A DNA stretch of 63,717 bases, counting the filler, from Nitrospirae bacterium CG2_30_53_67 (GTDB lineage Bacteria; CG2-30-53-67): NCBI GenBank assembly GCA_001873285.1. It is 6 parts of 6 records of this genome, joined end to end, with 100 filler letters (N's around TTAATTAATTAA, not from the genome) between each part and the next. Parts side by side here need not be neighbours in the genome. Positions count along the whole stretch, not along the records: positions 21,219 to 30,262 come from MNYV01000010.1; positions 30,363 to 44,874 come from MNYV01000038.1; 4 more parts are not named here. One strand, 5' to 3'. The position numbers and the translations under genes were made by a program. Positions 29,568 through 39,698 of the stretch are shown piece by piece. The notes beneath the pieces were generated by a model that did not search any database, was not told the DNA's origin, and saw only the letters and a list, made by a program, of their open reading frames with translations. Numbering within the stretch: the stretch's first letter is position 1; every line of letters starts with the position of its first letter.

Positions 29568-30262
29568 ATGAGACCAGGAAAGAGACTCCATCCGATCCAG
29601 ATCATAGGTGTGGGACTCAAGGGACCGGAGGGGCTGTGTCCCGAGGTGCTGGATCGAATCCAACAGGCGGACCTGCTGGTCGGTGGGAGAAAGATCCTGC
29701 AGGGTTTCAGGGGATTCCCCGGCCAGAGGTTTTCGCTGGATGGGCATCTCAAGGGGCTTGACAGCAAGATCCATCATGCCGTCAAACTCGGGAAGAGGGT
29801 GGTGGTGCTGACCTCGGGCGATCCCAATTTCTTCGGGATTGCGAGGTTCCTTTTCAAGTCTTTCCGGCCTGAAGAGATGGAGATCCATCCCCATGTGAGC
29901 TCCATGCAGCTCGCCTTTGCACGGGTCCGGATCCCCTGGGACGATGCGGCTTTTGCCTCGGCCCATGGACGGGATCTCCTCTCGGTGATTCATACGGTCA
30001 GGAGCCGCACCAAGGTGGCCGTGCTCACGGATCCGAAGAACCATCCGTCGCGGATCGCGAGGGCCTTGCTGAAAGCCGGTCTTCCGGACACGACGGTCTA
30101 TGTCTGCAGCCGGTTGGGAGGACCGGATGAGAAGGTCTGGCAGGGGAACCTCTCTTCACTGACCGGGAAGCGGTTTCCCGATCTGAACGTGATGATTATC
30201 CTGAACGACCGGGCCGGGGAGGAGGGATTCGGGATCCCGGATCATGTCTTGGCCCCCGACAA
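29568..30262 (+). CDS. cbiE: Precorrin-6Y C5,15-methyltransferase (CbiE or CbiET), 3' truncated by gap
   Basis: IIGVG, LTSGDPNFFGI, HVSSMQLAFAR, SAHGR, VLTD. Confidence 0.88.
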
Positions 30263-30420
30263 NNNNNNNNNNNNNNNNNNNNNNNNNNNNNNNNNNNNNN
30301 NNNNNNTTAATTAATTAANNNNNNNNNNNNNNNNNNNNNNNNNNNNNNNNNNNNNNNNNNNNCAGAAAGAATCACGACCAACCTTAAGAATCGAAGAAGA
30401 AAAAGGCGAAGAAAAAAGGC

Positions 30421-30469
30421 TTGACCTGCGGAATAAAAGCGTGTAATAATTCGTTATCTGGCGAATTAT
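30421..30469 (+). promoter_or_regulatory. Promoter with inverted-repeat operator, likely bound by ArsR
   Basis: TTGACC -35 element; ataattcg-N8-cgaattat just upstream of arsR. Confidence 0.65.
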
Positions 30470-30480
30470 AGGAGACGGTA

Positions 30481-30846
30481 ATGCGGAACTTCATGGACAT
30501 CACAAGGGCCCTGTCCGATGAGAACCGGGTCCGGGCGCTTGCGGCGCTTCGCGGGCGGGAGCTCTGTGTCTGCCAGATCATAGAACTTCTAAGGTTGGCG
30601 CCCTCTACGGTCTCAAAACATATGCAGATCCTAAGGCAGGCCCGCCTCGTGGAGTGCCGCAAAGACGGCCGCTGGATACATTACAGTCTGGCCGGAGATG
30701 AGGCGCCGTCATCGGCGCGGGCCGCCATCGAATGGATCTGCAATACCGTGGCAAAGGATCAGAAGATCCGGGATGACGCCAAACACTTGAAGCAAATCCT
30801 GAAAATGGATCCGGAGACCGTATGCAGGCTCCAGCAAAAAAGCTGA
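30481..30846 (+). CDS. arsR: ArsR/SmtB repressor
   Basis: ALSDENRVR, ELCVCQI, STVSKHM, RKDGRWIHY. Confidence 0.92.
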   Translation: MRNFMDITRALSDENRVRALAALRGRELCVCQIIELLRLAPSTVSKHMQILRQARLVECRKDGRWIHYSLAGDEAPSSARAAIEWICNTVAKDQKIRDDAKHLKQILKMDPETVCRLQQKS

Positions 30847-31265
30847 AGGTCCTCTTCCTCTGCACGGGGAACTCCTGCCGCAGCCAGATGGCCGAAGGGT
30901 GGGCCCGGCGCTTCCTCAGTGATCGGATTGAGCCCTATTCGGCGGGGATCGAAATACACGGGTTGAATCCCAGGGCCGTGGCCGTCATGGCCGAGGCGGG
31001 CGTGGACATCTCCCGTCACCGCTCCAAGCACGTGAGCGAACTCAAGGATCTCAAGTTCGATTTTGTGATCACGGTCTGCGACCAAGCCCGGGAGAGCTGC
31101 CCGCTTTTTCCGGGAAATGCGAAAATCATCCATCGCAGCTTTGATGACCCCCCCAGACTGGCCCAAGGGGCCCGGACCGAGGAGGAAGCCCTGGCCCATT
31201 ACCGCCGCGTGCGGGATGAGATCATGGAGTTTGTGAAAACCCTGCCTGATGTCCTGGGACGGTAG
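30822..31265 (+). CDS. arsC: Arsenate reductase (thioredoxin-coupled, LMW-PTP fold)
   Basis: CTGNSCRSQMAEG, VITVCD...ESCP, FDDP. Confidence 0.93.
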   Translation: MQAPAKKLKVLFLCTGNSCRSQMAEGWARRFLSDRIEPYSAGIEIHGLNPRAVAVMAEAGVDISRHRSKHVSELKDLKFDFVITVCDQARESCPLFPGNAKIIHRSFDDPPRLAQGARTEEEALAHYRRVRDEIMEFVKTLPDVLGR

Positions 31266-31296
31266 TTTTGTTGAAACATGATGATAGGAGGCGCCC

Positions 31297-32373
31297 ATGT
31301 TCCGAAAGGTTTTTGAGAAAATTCACAACTTCCGGCTGCTCCCGGTATTCGTCATCGTCAGCATGGTGATCGGGATCGCTATCGGCAAATGGTACGGGAT
31401 CTCCAACTTCCAACTCACCCCGCCGATCGATGCGATTAAATCCATCTTTCACGGGACTTACGAATTCAGCATAGGAAATACCCTTGCCCTCGGCGTGGTC
31501 ATCGGGCTCTTCATGATGATGTACCCCGCAATGGCGAACATAAAATTCGAGGACCTGGGTAAGGCAACACGCTCGCCGAAACAGCTCCTGATCGTGGTAT
31601 TCTTTAACTATGCTGTCGCCCCATTCTTCATGCTGCTGCTTGCAAAGATATTTTTAAGCGGCGAGCCAGACCTGTACACAGGGCTCGTGCTGTACGGGCT
31701 CGCCCCCTGCATCGCGATGGTGATCGTCTTCACCTATCTCTCGGCGGGTAACGGTCCTCTGGCCATCATCCTCGTGGCGCTGAACTCCATCATTCAGATG
31801 CTGCTGATCCCCGTCTATGCAAAGCTGCTCCTCGGAGAGATTCATTTCGATGTGTGGGTGGTGGGAGAGAGCGTGCTGCTCTATCTCGGCATCCCTCTTG
31901 TCGCGGGAATGCTTACGAGGTTCCTCGGCGTGAAGCGCTTCGGCGAGGAATGGTTCCATAATCTCAAGTTTTATCTGGATACCCTTTCAATTATCGGGCT
32001 CTTATTTACCTTAATTGTCATGTTCGCCCTTAAGGGCGATCTTATTCTTGAAAAACCGTTCCTCATCGTCCAGATGGCCATTCCCATGACGATCTTCTTC
32101 TGGATCATGTTCGTGGTCGTTTATCTTACGGGGTGGAAACTGGGGCTCAATTACAAGGATGCCGTGGCCGTGGGGTTCAACGCCACGGGAAGAGATTTCG
32201 AGATCGCCATCGCCATTGCGATCACCGCGTTCAATCCGACCGTGGCACTCGCCACGGTCATCGGCCCGCTGATCGAGGTGCCGGTCATGCTGGTCCTGGT
32301 CTGGTTTGCGAGAAAAACAGAACATGCACTTTTCAATGGCCGTTCTGAATCTGTGGAAGCGGCCGATATCTAA
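31297..32373 (+). CDS. acr3: Acr3 arsenite efflux transporter
   Basis: MMYP, GLAPCIAMV, FEIAIAIA, GPLIEVPVML. Confidence 0.92.
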   Translation: MFRKVFEKIHNFRLLPVFVIVSMVIGIAIGKWYGISNFQLTPPIDAIKSIFHGTYEFSIGNTLALGVVIGLFMMMYPAMANIKFEDLGKATRSPKQLLIVVFFNYAVAPFFMLLLAKIFLSGEPDLYTGLVLYGLAPCIAMVIVFTYLSAGNGPLAIILVALNSIIQMLLIPVYAKLLLGEIHFDVWVVGESVLLYLGIPLVAGMLTRFLGVKRFGEEWFHNLKFYLDTLSIIGLLFTLIVMFALKGDLILEKPFLIVQMAIPMTIFFWIMFVVVYLTGWKLGLNYKDAVAVGFNATGRDFEIAIAIAITAFNPTVALATVIGPLIEVPVMLVLVWFARKTEHALFNGRSESVEAADI

Positions 32374-32387
32374 CAAAGGAGAAAAGT

Positions 32388-32555
32388 ATGGAAGAAGTAA
32401 AAAAGAAAAGAGGGTTGTTTGCTTTCATCAAGGAGTCCATGACCAGGAGCGGCGGATGCTGCGGGCCGGGGTCAAGCTGCTGCGGGCCGGCAAAAGAAGA
32501 AGGTGAAAAAAAAGCCGAAAACAAAAAAAAGAGAACAGACAAAGTAAAAAAGTAA
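32388..32555 (+). CDS. 55-aa Lys-rich protein with two vicinal Cys pairs
   Basis: RBS aaggag; MEEVKKKRGLFAFIKESMTRSGGCCGPGSSCCGPAKEEGEKKAENKKKRTDKVKK; not in ORF track. Confidence 0.72.
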   Translation: MEEVKKKRGLFAFIKESMTRSGGCCGPGSSCCGPAKEEGEKKAENKKKRTDKVKK

Positions 32556-32745
32556 AATTGAAAAGTCGAATCCGGATTGGAAAGATTTGTATGAGGATTT
32601 AATATCTGGATTCCCCGATCCAGTCGGGGAATGACATGGTGTGTTTCAAAATGTACCCACACAATTGCGCGAAGACCCATAAGTTTTTTCGTGCCTTCGT
32701 GTCTTCGTGGCAAACGGGTTCGAGTTTGTCTGGGTTGGGTTATTA

Positions 32746-34680
32746 ATGGAGCATTCTGACGTGAAGAATGAAAATCATAGGGATACATCTGTCCGGTTCC
32801 GGGAGATTGCCGTTCTTGCCTTTATCCCGGCGATGGTCGGGATCCTGATCCTGATCAGTTGGGCGCTGGATTTCTGGGAGATCGGGCATCCCTTCTGGCA
32901 CAAGGGGATCGCCCTGACCGCGGCCCTGTTCGGCGGCTACACCCGGTTTGTTGAGGGCTTCGGGGATATCCTGAAACGTCGGATCACCGTGAATGTCTTT
33001 GTGGCCGTGGCCCTGACGGCAACGATCGCCATCGGAGAATTCCGGGCCGCGGCCCTGATCGTCTTCATCATGTCGGTCTCCGGGGCGCTCGAGGCCTACA
33101 CCCTGGACAAGAACCGGCTGCACATCCGGAACCTGCTCGATCTCGCACCGAGAATGGCCACGGTCCGCCGCGGGGATGAGGAGATCTCCATGCCCGCGAG
33201 CGAGGTCCGGGTCGGGGACATCGTCATCGTACGGCCCGGGGAACGGATCCCCGTGGACGGGATGGTGACGGCAGGGGCAAGCAGTGTGAATCAGGCCCCC
33301 ATCACCGGGGAATCCATGCCCGTGGAGAAATTCATCGGGAGCGAGGTTTTCTCCGGTTCCCTGAACGAGGCAGGCCGTCTTGAGATCGAGACCACCAAGA
33401 CCGGCGAGGACACCACCCTGGCCCGGATCGTGCATCTGGTGGAAGAGGCGCAGAGGACCCGTGCCCCGATCCAGAACATGGCCGACCGGTTCACGGTCTG
33501 GTTCCTACCCACGGTGCTCGTGCTCGCGGTGATCGGCTTTTTCACCTCCGGGGACATCAAGGTCTCGGTCTCGATCCTGCTCGTGGCCTGCCCGTGCGCC
33601 TTTGCCATTGCCACGCCCACGGCCGTGACCGCGGGGATCGCCAACATGGCCCGGCGTGCCGTGCTGATCAAGGGCGGCATCTTTCTGGAGCTGGCCGGAA
33701 AGATCGAGACCCTTCTCGTGGACAAGACCGGGACCTTCACCCTCGGAAGGCCCAGGGTCATGGAGGTTGTGGCCTTGAACGGGGTGCTCAAAGAAGATGT
33801 GCTCCGGCTCGCATCCATCGCCGAAAAATACTCGGAACATCCGCTGGCCCGCGCCGTGCTTGACAGGGCCAGAGAGGAGAAGATCCAGGTCCCCGACCCT
33901 GAGAAATTCAGGGTTGAAAGCGGAAGGGGCGTCACAGCGCACTGGGCAGGCAAGGATCTTCTGGTCGGGAACCGTGAGTTCCTGCAGGGGAAAGGGATTG
34001 CCCTGGGAGAAGAGATCGCCTCGCTAATTTCCCACCATGTGGAACTGGGGAGGACCGTGATCCTGGTGGCCGACAATGCACATCCCATGGGGCTGATCTC
34101 CGTTGCCGACGAGATCCGTCCGGAGACCGTACAGTCCATCGTTTCCTTGAAGGCCATGGGCATCCGCAACATCACCATGCTCACAGGGGATAACCCGCGG
34201 GTGGCCAGGGCCGTGGCTGCCGAGATTGGTGTGGATGATTTCCGGGCCGGGCTTCTGCCGGAGCAGAAGCAGGAGTATGTCAAGCGTCTCCAGAGCGAGG
34301 GGCAGAAGGTCGGGATGATCGGAGACGGGATCAACGACGCCCCGGCGCTGGCCCTGGCCGATGTGGGGATCGCCATGGGCGCCGGGGGCACGGACGTGGC
34401 CATTGATACCGCGGATGTGACCCTCATGACCGATGACCTCTCCCGGGTCGCGGAATTCATTTGGATGTCCAAAAAGGTGATCCGGCGGATCAAGATGAAC
34501 ATCTTCTTTTCAATTATCTACAATGTTATCGGGCTTACTCTCGGAAGCATAGGCCTGCTCACCCCGGTCCTGGCGGTGATCTTTCAGGAAGGCGGGTGCA
34601 TTACCGTGGTCATGAGCTCCACCCTGCTTCTCTGGGCCAGGCCGGATGGGACCGGGGGCTCCCGCACCGAGGCTGTATGA
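32746..34680 (+). CDS. P1B-type heavy-metal ATPase lacking an N-terminal metal-binding domain
   Basis: TGES, CPC, DKTGT, SEHP, GDGINDAP. Confidence 0.93.
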   Translation: MEHSDVKNENHRDTSVRFREIAVLAFIPAMVGILILISWALDFWEIGHPFWHKGIALTAALFGGYTRFVEGFGDILKRRITVNVFVAVALTATIAIGEFRAAALIVFIMSVSGALEAYTLDKNRLHIRNLLDLAPRMATVRRGDEEISMPASEVRVGDIVIVRPGERIPVDGMVTAGASSVNQAPITGESMPVEKFIGSEVFSGSLNEAGRLEIETTKTGEDTTLARIVHLVEEAQRTRAPIQNMADRFTVWFLPTVLVLAVIGFFTSGDIKVSVSILLVACPCAFAIATPTAVTAGIANMARRAVLIKGGIFLELAGKIETLLVDKTGTFTLGRPRVMEVVALNGVLKEDVLRLASIAEKYSEHPLARAVLDRAREEKIQVPDPEKFRVESGRGVTAHWAGKDLLVGNREFLQGKGIALGEEIASLISHHVELGRTVILVADNAHPMGLISVADEIRPETVQSIVSLKAMGIRNITMLTGDNPRVARAVAAEIGVDDFRAGLLPEQKQEYVKRLQSEGQKVGMIGDGINDAPALALADVGIAMGAGGTDVAIDTADVTLMTDDLSRVAEFIWMSKKVIRRIKMNIFFSIIYNVIGLTLGSIGLLTPVLAVIFQEGGCITVVMSSTLLLWARPDGTGGSRTEAV

Positions 34681-34711
34681 TTCAGTAGGGTCCGCAGCAA
34701 AGGAGCGCGTC

Positions 34712-36013
34712 ATGGATTGGAAACAGGAAGGAAGGATACTTGCGCTGATTGTCGCCGTGTTTCTCGGCTTCTACTACCTGCCCGTGGGCTCTGAGCGTTT
34801 CGATCACTCCGTGACCGAAGCGTTTTATCTGGCCAAGTGGTATGCCCGGGAACACGTGCTTCTCTGCCTGGTCCCCGCCTTTTTCATTGCGGGCGCGATC
34901 GGTGTCTTTGTGAGCCAGGCCTCGGTGATCCGGTACCTGGGGGCCCGGGCCAACAAGGTTCTGGCTTACGGCGTGGCTTCTGTCTCGGGCACGATCCTCG
35001 CTGTCTGCTCCTGCACGGTCCTTCCCCTTTTTGCCGGGATCTACCGCATGGGAGCGGGGCTCGGGCCGGCCACGGCCTTCCTCTATTCGGGGCCGGCCAT
35101 CAATGTCCTGGCCATCGTACTCACGGCCCGGGTTTTGGGAATCCATCTGGGCGTAGCGCGCGCCGTGGGAGCGATCCTCTTCAGCGTGATCATCGGCCTT
35201 TTCATGCACCTCATTTTCCGAGGGGAAGAGCTGGAAAAGGCCGGGGCCGAGGCGGTCATGCCCGATGGCGAGCCGGCGCGGCCCCTCTACCAGAACGCCC
35301 TCTACTTCGCAGTTATGGTCGGGATTTTGGTCTTTGCCAACTGGGGAAGACCCGATGAGACGACCGGCCTCTGGCATGCGATCTACGCGGACAGGTGGGC
35401 CATCACCTCTCTCTTCTCAGTACTGCTGGCCCTGATCCTGGTCATCTGGTTCGGGTTTAAGGCCCGAACCGTGCTGCTTGCCTCCCTGCCTGCCGCGGTC
35501 CTGGCATTCCTGGTCCCTCATGAGTCCATGATTCCTTTTGTGGCCGGGGTCTTGGGACTCTCGGTGATCACGGCCCGGGATCCGGGTGAAGGGGGCGAGT
35601 GGTTCCAGGCCTCATGGGGATTTGCCAAGCAGATCCTGCCCCTTCTCCTGATCGGGGTGCTGATCGCGGGCGCCCTGCTCGGAAGACCGGGCCATGAAGG
35701 GTTGATCCCGTCTGAGTGGGTGAGCCGGGCCGTGGGAGGCAACTCCTTTGCCTCCAATTTTTTCGCCTCCTTTGTCGGGACCTTCATGTATTTCGCCACC
35801 CTGACCGAGGTGCCGATCCTCGAGGGGCTCCTGGGGAACGGCATGGGGCAGGGACCGGCCCTGGCCCTTCTGCTCGCGGGACCGGCGCTGAGTCTTCCGA
35901 ACATGCTCGTGATCCGAAGCATACTTGGAACCCAAAAGACCGTGGTCTTTGTCTCCCTGGTGGTGATCATGGCCACCTTCACGGGAATGGTCTACGGCAG
36001 CGTTTTCGGATGA
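34712..36013 (+). CDS. ArsP/DUF318-family permease
   Basis: EHVLLCLVPAFF, AVCSCTVLPLF, SGPAIN, YFATLTEVP, GPALSLP. Confidence 0.85.
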   Translation: MDWKQEGRILALIVAVFLGFYYLPVGSERFDHSVTEAFYLAKWYAREHVLLCLVPAFFIAGAIGVFVSQASVIRYLGARANKVLAYGVASVSGTILAVCSCTVLPLFAGIYRMGAGLGPATAFLYSGPAINVLAIVLTARVLGIHLGVARAVGAILFSVIIGLFMHLIFRGEELEKAGAEAVMPDGEPARPLYQNALYFAVMVGILVFANWGRPDETTGLWHAIYADRWAITSLFSVLLALILVIWFGFKARTVLLASLPAAVLAFLVPHESMIPFVAGVLGLSVITARDPGEGGEWFQASWGFAKQILPLLLIGVLIAGALLGRPGHEGLIPSEWVSRAVGGNSFASNFFASFVGTFMYFATLTEVPILEGLLGNGMGQGPALALLLAGPALSLPNMLVIRSILGTQKTVVFVSLVVIMATFTGMVYGSVFG

Positions 36014-36023
36014 GGGATCTCCC

Positions 36024-36812
36024 ATGAAGATGGCCGCGACCTTTCAGTCGGAAAAAGAATTTCGGGAGATGAAAGGGAGGCTCGATGCCTTGGGTCTTGC
36101 CTATGAGCTGATCTCTCCTGCGCCCGGGTATGCCCTGGTGGGGGAGCCCGCCCTGGTCATGGACGGGGAGACCCGGATGGCCCTTTTCCGGCGGGCCGGC
36201 GTGGAGATCCCCTGTTCCGGATGGGTGGAGCACCGTCCATCGAAGATCCCGATACCGGGGGAAGATCCGCCCCGATTCGCGGAGCAGCCTTTTATCCGAG
36301 CCGCGATCACACTTCTTGCACCCTGTGTGGCGGACCCGACCAAGATCCGTATCCTCGCCGATGTCTCGGGCGACATGGGCGCGGTCTTCCCCTATCTGAA
36401 CACTGAGATGAAGGAGGTCTTCTACAATCCCCAGGGCCAGACGCTGACCTTCATGGAAGACTACCGGATGATCTGCCTCACACCGAGGGGGATCGCCGTG
36501 GCCAAGGCCGACGAGATCGTGGATGCCTGGCGCGTGTTGGAGATGATCAGTCGACGCGTGAACGAGACCTGGGCCCGGCGCCACGAGATCGAACCCTCCT
36601 ACGAGATGCGGAAAAAGCCCCCTGCCCTGGAGATCTACAAGCGGCTCCCCCGGACCAACTGCCGGTCCTGCGGCGAGGCCACGTGTCTGGCCTTCGCGGT
36701 GAAAGTGCATGCCGGAGAGCTTCCTGTCTCACTCTGCACGCCCGTTTTTGAGGGGGAGTTTCAGCGGTTCAAAGATGCGCTCCTTGAGATCTGCGCTGGA
36801 TTGGGGGTGTAG
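36024..36812 (+). CDS. Fe-S-binding domain protein
   Basis: PCVADP; C-terminal LPRTNCRSCGEATCLAFA...C 4Fe-4S motif. Confidence 0.75.
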   Translation: MKMAATFQSEKEFREMKGRLDALGLAYELISPAPGYALVGEPALVMDGETRMALFRRAGVEIPCSGWVEHRPSKIPIPGEDPPRFAEQPFIRAAITLLAPCVADPTKIRILADVSGDMGAVFPYLNTEMKEVFYNPQGQTLTFMEDYRMICLTPRGIAVAKADEIVDAWRVLEMISRRVNETWARRHEIEPSYEMRKKPPALEIYKRLPRTNCRSCGEATCLAFAVKVHAGELPVSLCTPVFEGEFQRFKDALLEICAGLGV

Positions 36813-36906
36813 GTGGGAGGAAGCCGGTGGATTGATCGGATTTGCCACGAATGAACACAAATCTACACAAAGAAACGGTTGTTATTTATTTGTGCCCATT
36901 CGTGGC

Positions 36907-36980
36907 TGAATAGTTTTTTTGGCGCCTTTGTGGCGGTAAAGGCTTTTCTCTGTGTACTCTGGTTATATCTTTCACAATAC
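36907..36980 (+). repeat. ~75-bp direct repeat, second copy at 41011-41085
   Basis: tgaatagtttttttggcgcctttgtg.cggtaaaggcttttctctgtg...ggttatat...acaatac at both sites. Confidence 0.85.
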
Positions 36981-37003
36981 GTATTTCAAAGGAGGAATAA
37001 ATC

Positions 37004-37237
37004 ATGAAAAAGTTTCAGATTCTCGGGCCTGGGTGCCCCAACTGCAAGAAGCTCGAGGCCAACACCCGTCAGGCCGCGGAGGAACTCGGCCTGGAGTATG
37101 AGATCGAAAAGGTCTCGGACATCAAGGTCATTATGGGGTTCGGCGTCATGATGACCCCGGCCCTGGTGGTGGACGGGGAGGTCAAGATCTCGGGCAAGGT
37201 CGCGACCGTAGGCGAAATCAGGGAAGTGCTTCAGTAA
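37004..37237 (+). CDS. Small redox-active disulfide protein (MTH895/ArsE-like thioredoxin)
   Basis: ILGPGCPNC, GVMMTPALVVDG. Confidence 0.88.
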   Translation: MKKFQILGPGCPNCKKLEANTRQAAEELGLEYEIEKVSDIKVIMGFGVMMTPALVVDGEVKISGKVATVGEIREVLQ

Positions 37238-37258
37238 ACCCAGTCAAAGGGGAGTGAT

Positions 37259-37783
37259 ATGAGTACCAAGAGGATCATTACTACACTGCTTTTACTCTTC
37301 GTGGCCGGGAGCCTGGTCTATCTGGCAGCGGGGGAGGTCGCCCGGAACCCGAATAACGGACAGGCTGCGAACAGGGATCCTGTCAAAGAGACCGTGCCTT
37401 CGGCCGATGCTCCGGGCACATTACAGGATCGTCCCGAAATACCGGACCGGGTGGTGGTCTATTACTTCCACGGGACCATGCGCTGTCCCACGTGCCGGAA
37501 GTTCGAGGCCTACGCCGGGGAGTCCCTGATGAGCGCATTTCCCGGGGAGCTCGCCTCGGGACGCCTGGAATGGCGCGTGATCAATGTGGATGAACGGGAA
37601 AACGAACACTATGTCCGGGACTATGAGCTCAGGACCAAGTCCCTGATCGTGTCGGAGGTGAAAAACGGGGAGCAGACACGGTGGAAAAACCTCCAAAAGA
37701 TATGGGATCTGGCCGGTGACAAGGAGGCCTTCTTCTCCTACGTGCAGGAGGAGACCCGAGCCTATCTCCTGGGATCTGACTGA
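37259..37783 (+). CDS. ArsF-like exported thioredoxin-fold protein
   Basis: N-terminal anchor; VYYFHGTMRCPTC. Confidence 0.75.
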   Translation: MSTKRIITTLLLLFVAGSLVYLAAGEVARNPNNGQAANRDPVKETVPSADAPGTLQDRPEIPDRVVVYYFHGTMRCPTCRKFEAYAGESLMSAFPGELASGRLEWRVINVDERENEHYVRDYELRTKSLIVSEVKNGEQTRWKNLQKIWDLAGDKEAFFSYVQEETRAYLLGSD

Positions 37784-38472
37784 TGAACGGTATCTTTTTG
37801 GGGAGCGCGAGCGCCCTGTGGCTGGGGGTCCTCACCTCACTCAGCCCCTGTCCCCTCGCGACCAACATTGCCGCGGTCTCCTATGTGGGAAAGCAGATCG
37901 GCAGGCCCCGCCGGGTCCTTGCGGCGGGCGTGGTCTATTCCCTGGGCCGGGCGCTCACCTACATGGTCCTGGGTCTGCTCCTGGTCTCAAGCCTGCTTTC
38001 GGCGCCGATCCTCTCCCACTGGCTCCAGAAGTATATGAACAAGCTCCTGGGGCCGATCCTGATCCTGGTGGGCATGGCCCTGCTGGAGCTGATACAGTTG
38101 AATGTGGGCGGCGCAGGCATGGCGCTCAAGATGCAGAAGCGGATCGACACGTCAGGACTCTGGGGAGCGGGCCTCCTCGGGGCCGTCTTCGCCCTCTCTT
38201 TCTGCCCGGTCTCCGCGGCCCTCTTCTTCGGGAGCCTGATCCCCCTCTCGATCAAGTACGGATCCGGCATGATTTTGCCCGGCCTCTACGGCATGGGCAC
38301 CGGCCTTCCGGTCTTGGTCTTCGCGATCCTCATCGCCCAGGGAGCGCGGTCCGTGAGTAGGATCTTCGACCGGATCACCCGGATCGAGGTCTGGGCGCGT
38401 CGGATCACGGGGGTGATCTTCATCGGGGTGGGGATCTATTATTCATTAAGCTACATCTTTGTCGTCCTGTAG
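37783..38472 (+). CDS. ArsG-like / CcdA-DsbD-type membrane protein
   Basis: LSPCPLATNIAA, LSFCPVSAALFFG; several TM helices. Confidence 0.8.
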   Translation: MNGIFLGSASALWLGVLTSLSPCPLATNIAAVSYVGKQIGRPRRVLAAGVVYSLGRALTYMVLGLLLVSSLLSAPILSHWLQKYMNKLLGPILILVGMALLELIQLNVGGAGMALKMQKRIDTSGLWGAGLLGAVFALSFCPVSAALFFGSLIPLSIKYGSGMILPGLYGMGTGLPVLVFAILIAQGARSVSRIFDRITRIEVWARRITGVIFIGVGIYYSLSYIFVVL

Positions 38473-38500
38473 TGACGGCGGATGGAACGGCAGGTACGAA

Positions 38501-38989
38501 ATGAAAGGGACGGCACTGACAAATAGACTCTTCCGGGCATTCATGATTACCCTGATCATTCTCGTCGGAGAGGTGATCGGGGGGATCATGAGCCGCAGCC
38601 TTGCCCTCCTGAGTGACGCCGGCCACGTTCTCATTGACGGTTTGTCGCTCGCTCTGAGTCTGACGGCAGGGATGATCATGCGCCGGGCCCCGGACCACAG
38701 GGCCACCTTCGGCTACCAGAGGATCGGGATCCTCGCGGCCCTGATTAACGGTGTCAGTCTGGTCCTAATTGCGGCCTTCATCTTCGTGGAGGCCTACAGG
38801 CGTCTTGGATCACCGCCGGAAGTGGATTCCACTCTCATGCTGGGTATCGCCGCGGCCGGGTTTGCGGGCAACCTGATGATGGCGTGGATTCTCGGAGACG
38901 CCCATCACGACCTGAATGTCCGGAGCGCCTGGCTGCACGTTATCGGGGATACCCTCTCCTCGGCGGGCGTAATCCTCTCAGGGTGTTGA
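38501..38989 (+). pseudogene. Truncated cation diffusion facilitator (ZitB/CzcD-like)
   Basis: SLALLSDAGH, TFGYQR, LNVRSAWLHVIGD, then a stop; last TM helix and cytoplasmic domain absent. Confidence 0.8.
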
Positions 38990-39313
38990 AGACTGCATAT
39001 GGGAAATCCGTCGATACCCTTCAGCGGTGAATTTGATTTCGATGTCATGGCGAAGGAGTTGTTGAAATGATAAAGATCAGAACGAAAAAGCGACATGAAA
39101 ATGGAAGCCTCGTCCTCCTGGGCGCATCTGTAAAACTCCTCTGGGGCCGGTTCCTCTAGGATTCATTAACAGGGTTCCATTTATCCTCGGGCTTCTCTGT
39201 AGAGAGCAACATCCCGTTGCCCTTCTCATCTGATCATAAGGACCGGGATGGGGCGTGAGGGGCGGCACATGCAGCAGGCAGGTCCGCAATAGCAAAAAAA
39301 TGATGCAAAGGTC

Positions 39314-39347
39314 TTGACAAATGGAGAATATGAGTAAATATTCATAT
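39314..39347 (+). promoter_or_regulatory. Promoter with inverted-repeat operator upstream of the second ArsR-family gene
   Basis: TTGACA followed by atatga-N8-tcatat overlapping the -10 region. Confidence 0.6.
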
Positions 39348-39371
39348 AAAAATATTGCAAAAGGAGAGAAC

Positions 39372-39698
39372 ATGCAGGATATCGTGGTCCGTAAGGCTAT
39401 GGTTCTAAAGGCGGTTTCCCAACCGACCCGGATGCAGATCCTGGAACTTCTCAGACAGGGGGAGCGGTGCGTCTGCGAGATCATCCCCGTTCTCAAAGAA
39501 GAGCAGTCCAATCTTTCCAAGCATCTTGCTTTCTTAAGACATGCCGGGATCGTGGACCTGCGCAAAGAAGGGGCAAGCAACTACTACAGCGTTCGCCATC
39601 CCGAAGTATTCCAAATCCTCGATCTGGCCCAGGAGATCGTCAAGAATGAAATCACGACCTCGGCTCGTATGCTGAAGCGATTGAAAGTGAAATCATGA
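39372..39698 (+). CDS. ArsR/SmtB repressor (second copy)
   Basis: KAVSQPTRMQIL, ERCVCEI, SNLSKHL; RBS aaggag. Confidence 0.9.
   Translation: MQDIVVRKAMVLKAVSQPTRMQILELLRQGERCVCEIIPVLKEEQSNLSKHLAFLRHAGIVDLRKEGASNYYSVRHPEVFQILDLAQEIVKNEITTSARMLKRLKVKS

Noticed and set aside
38984..39070. Cys-TGA followed by an open frame as selenocysteine read-through (selD is present)
   Set aside because: The downstream peptide RLHMGNPSIPF... does not continue the CDF fold and no clear SECIS hairpin is visible; truncation is the simpler explanation
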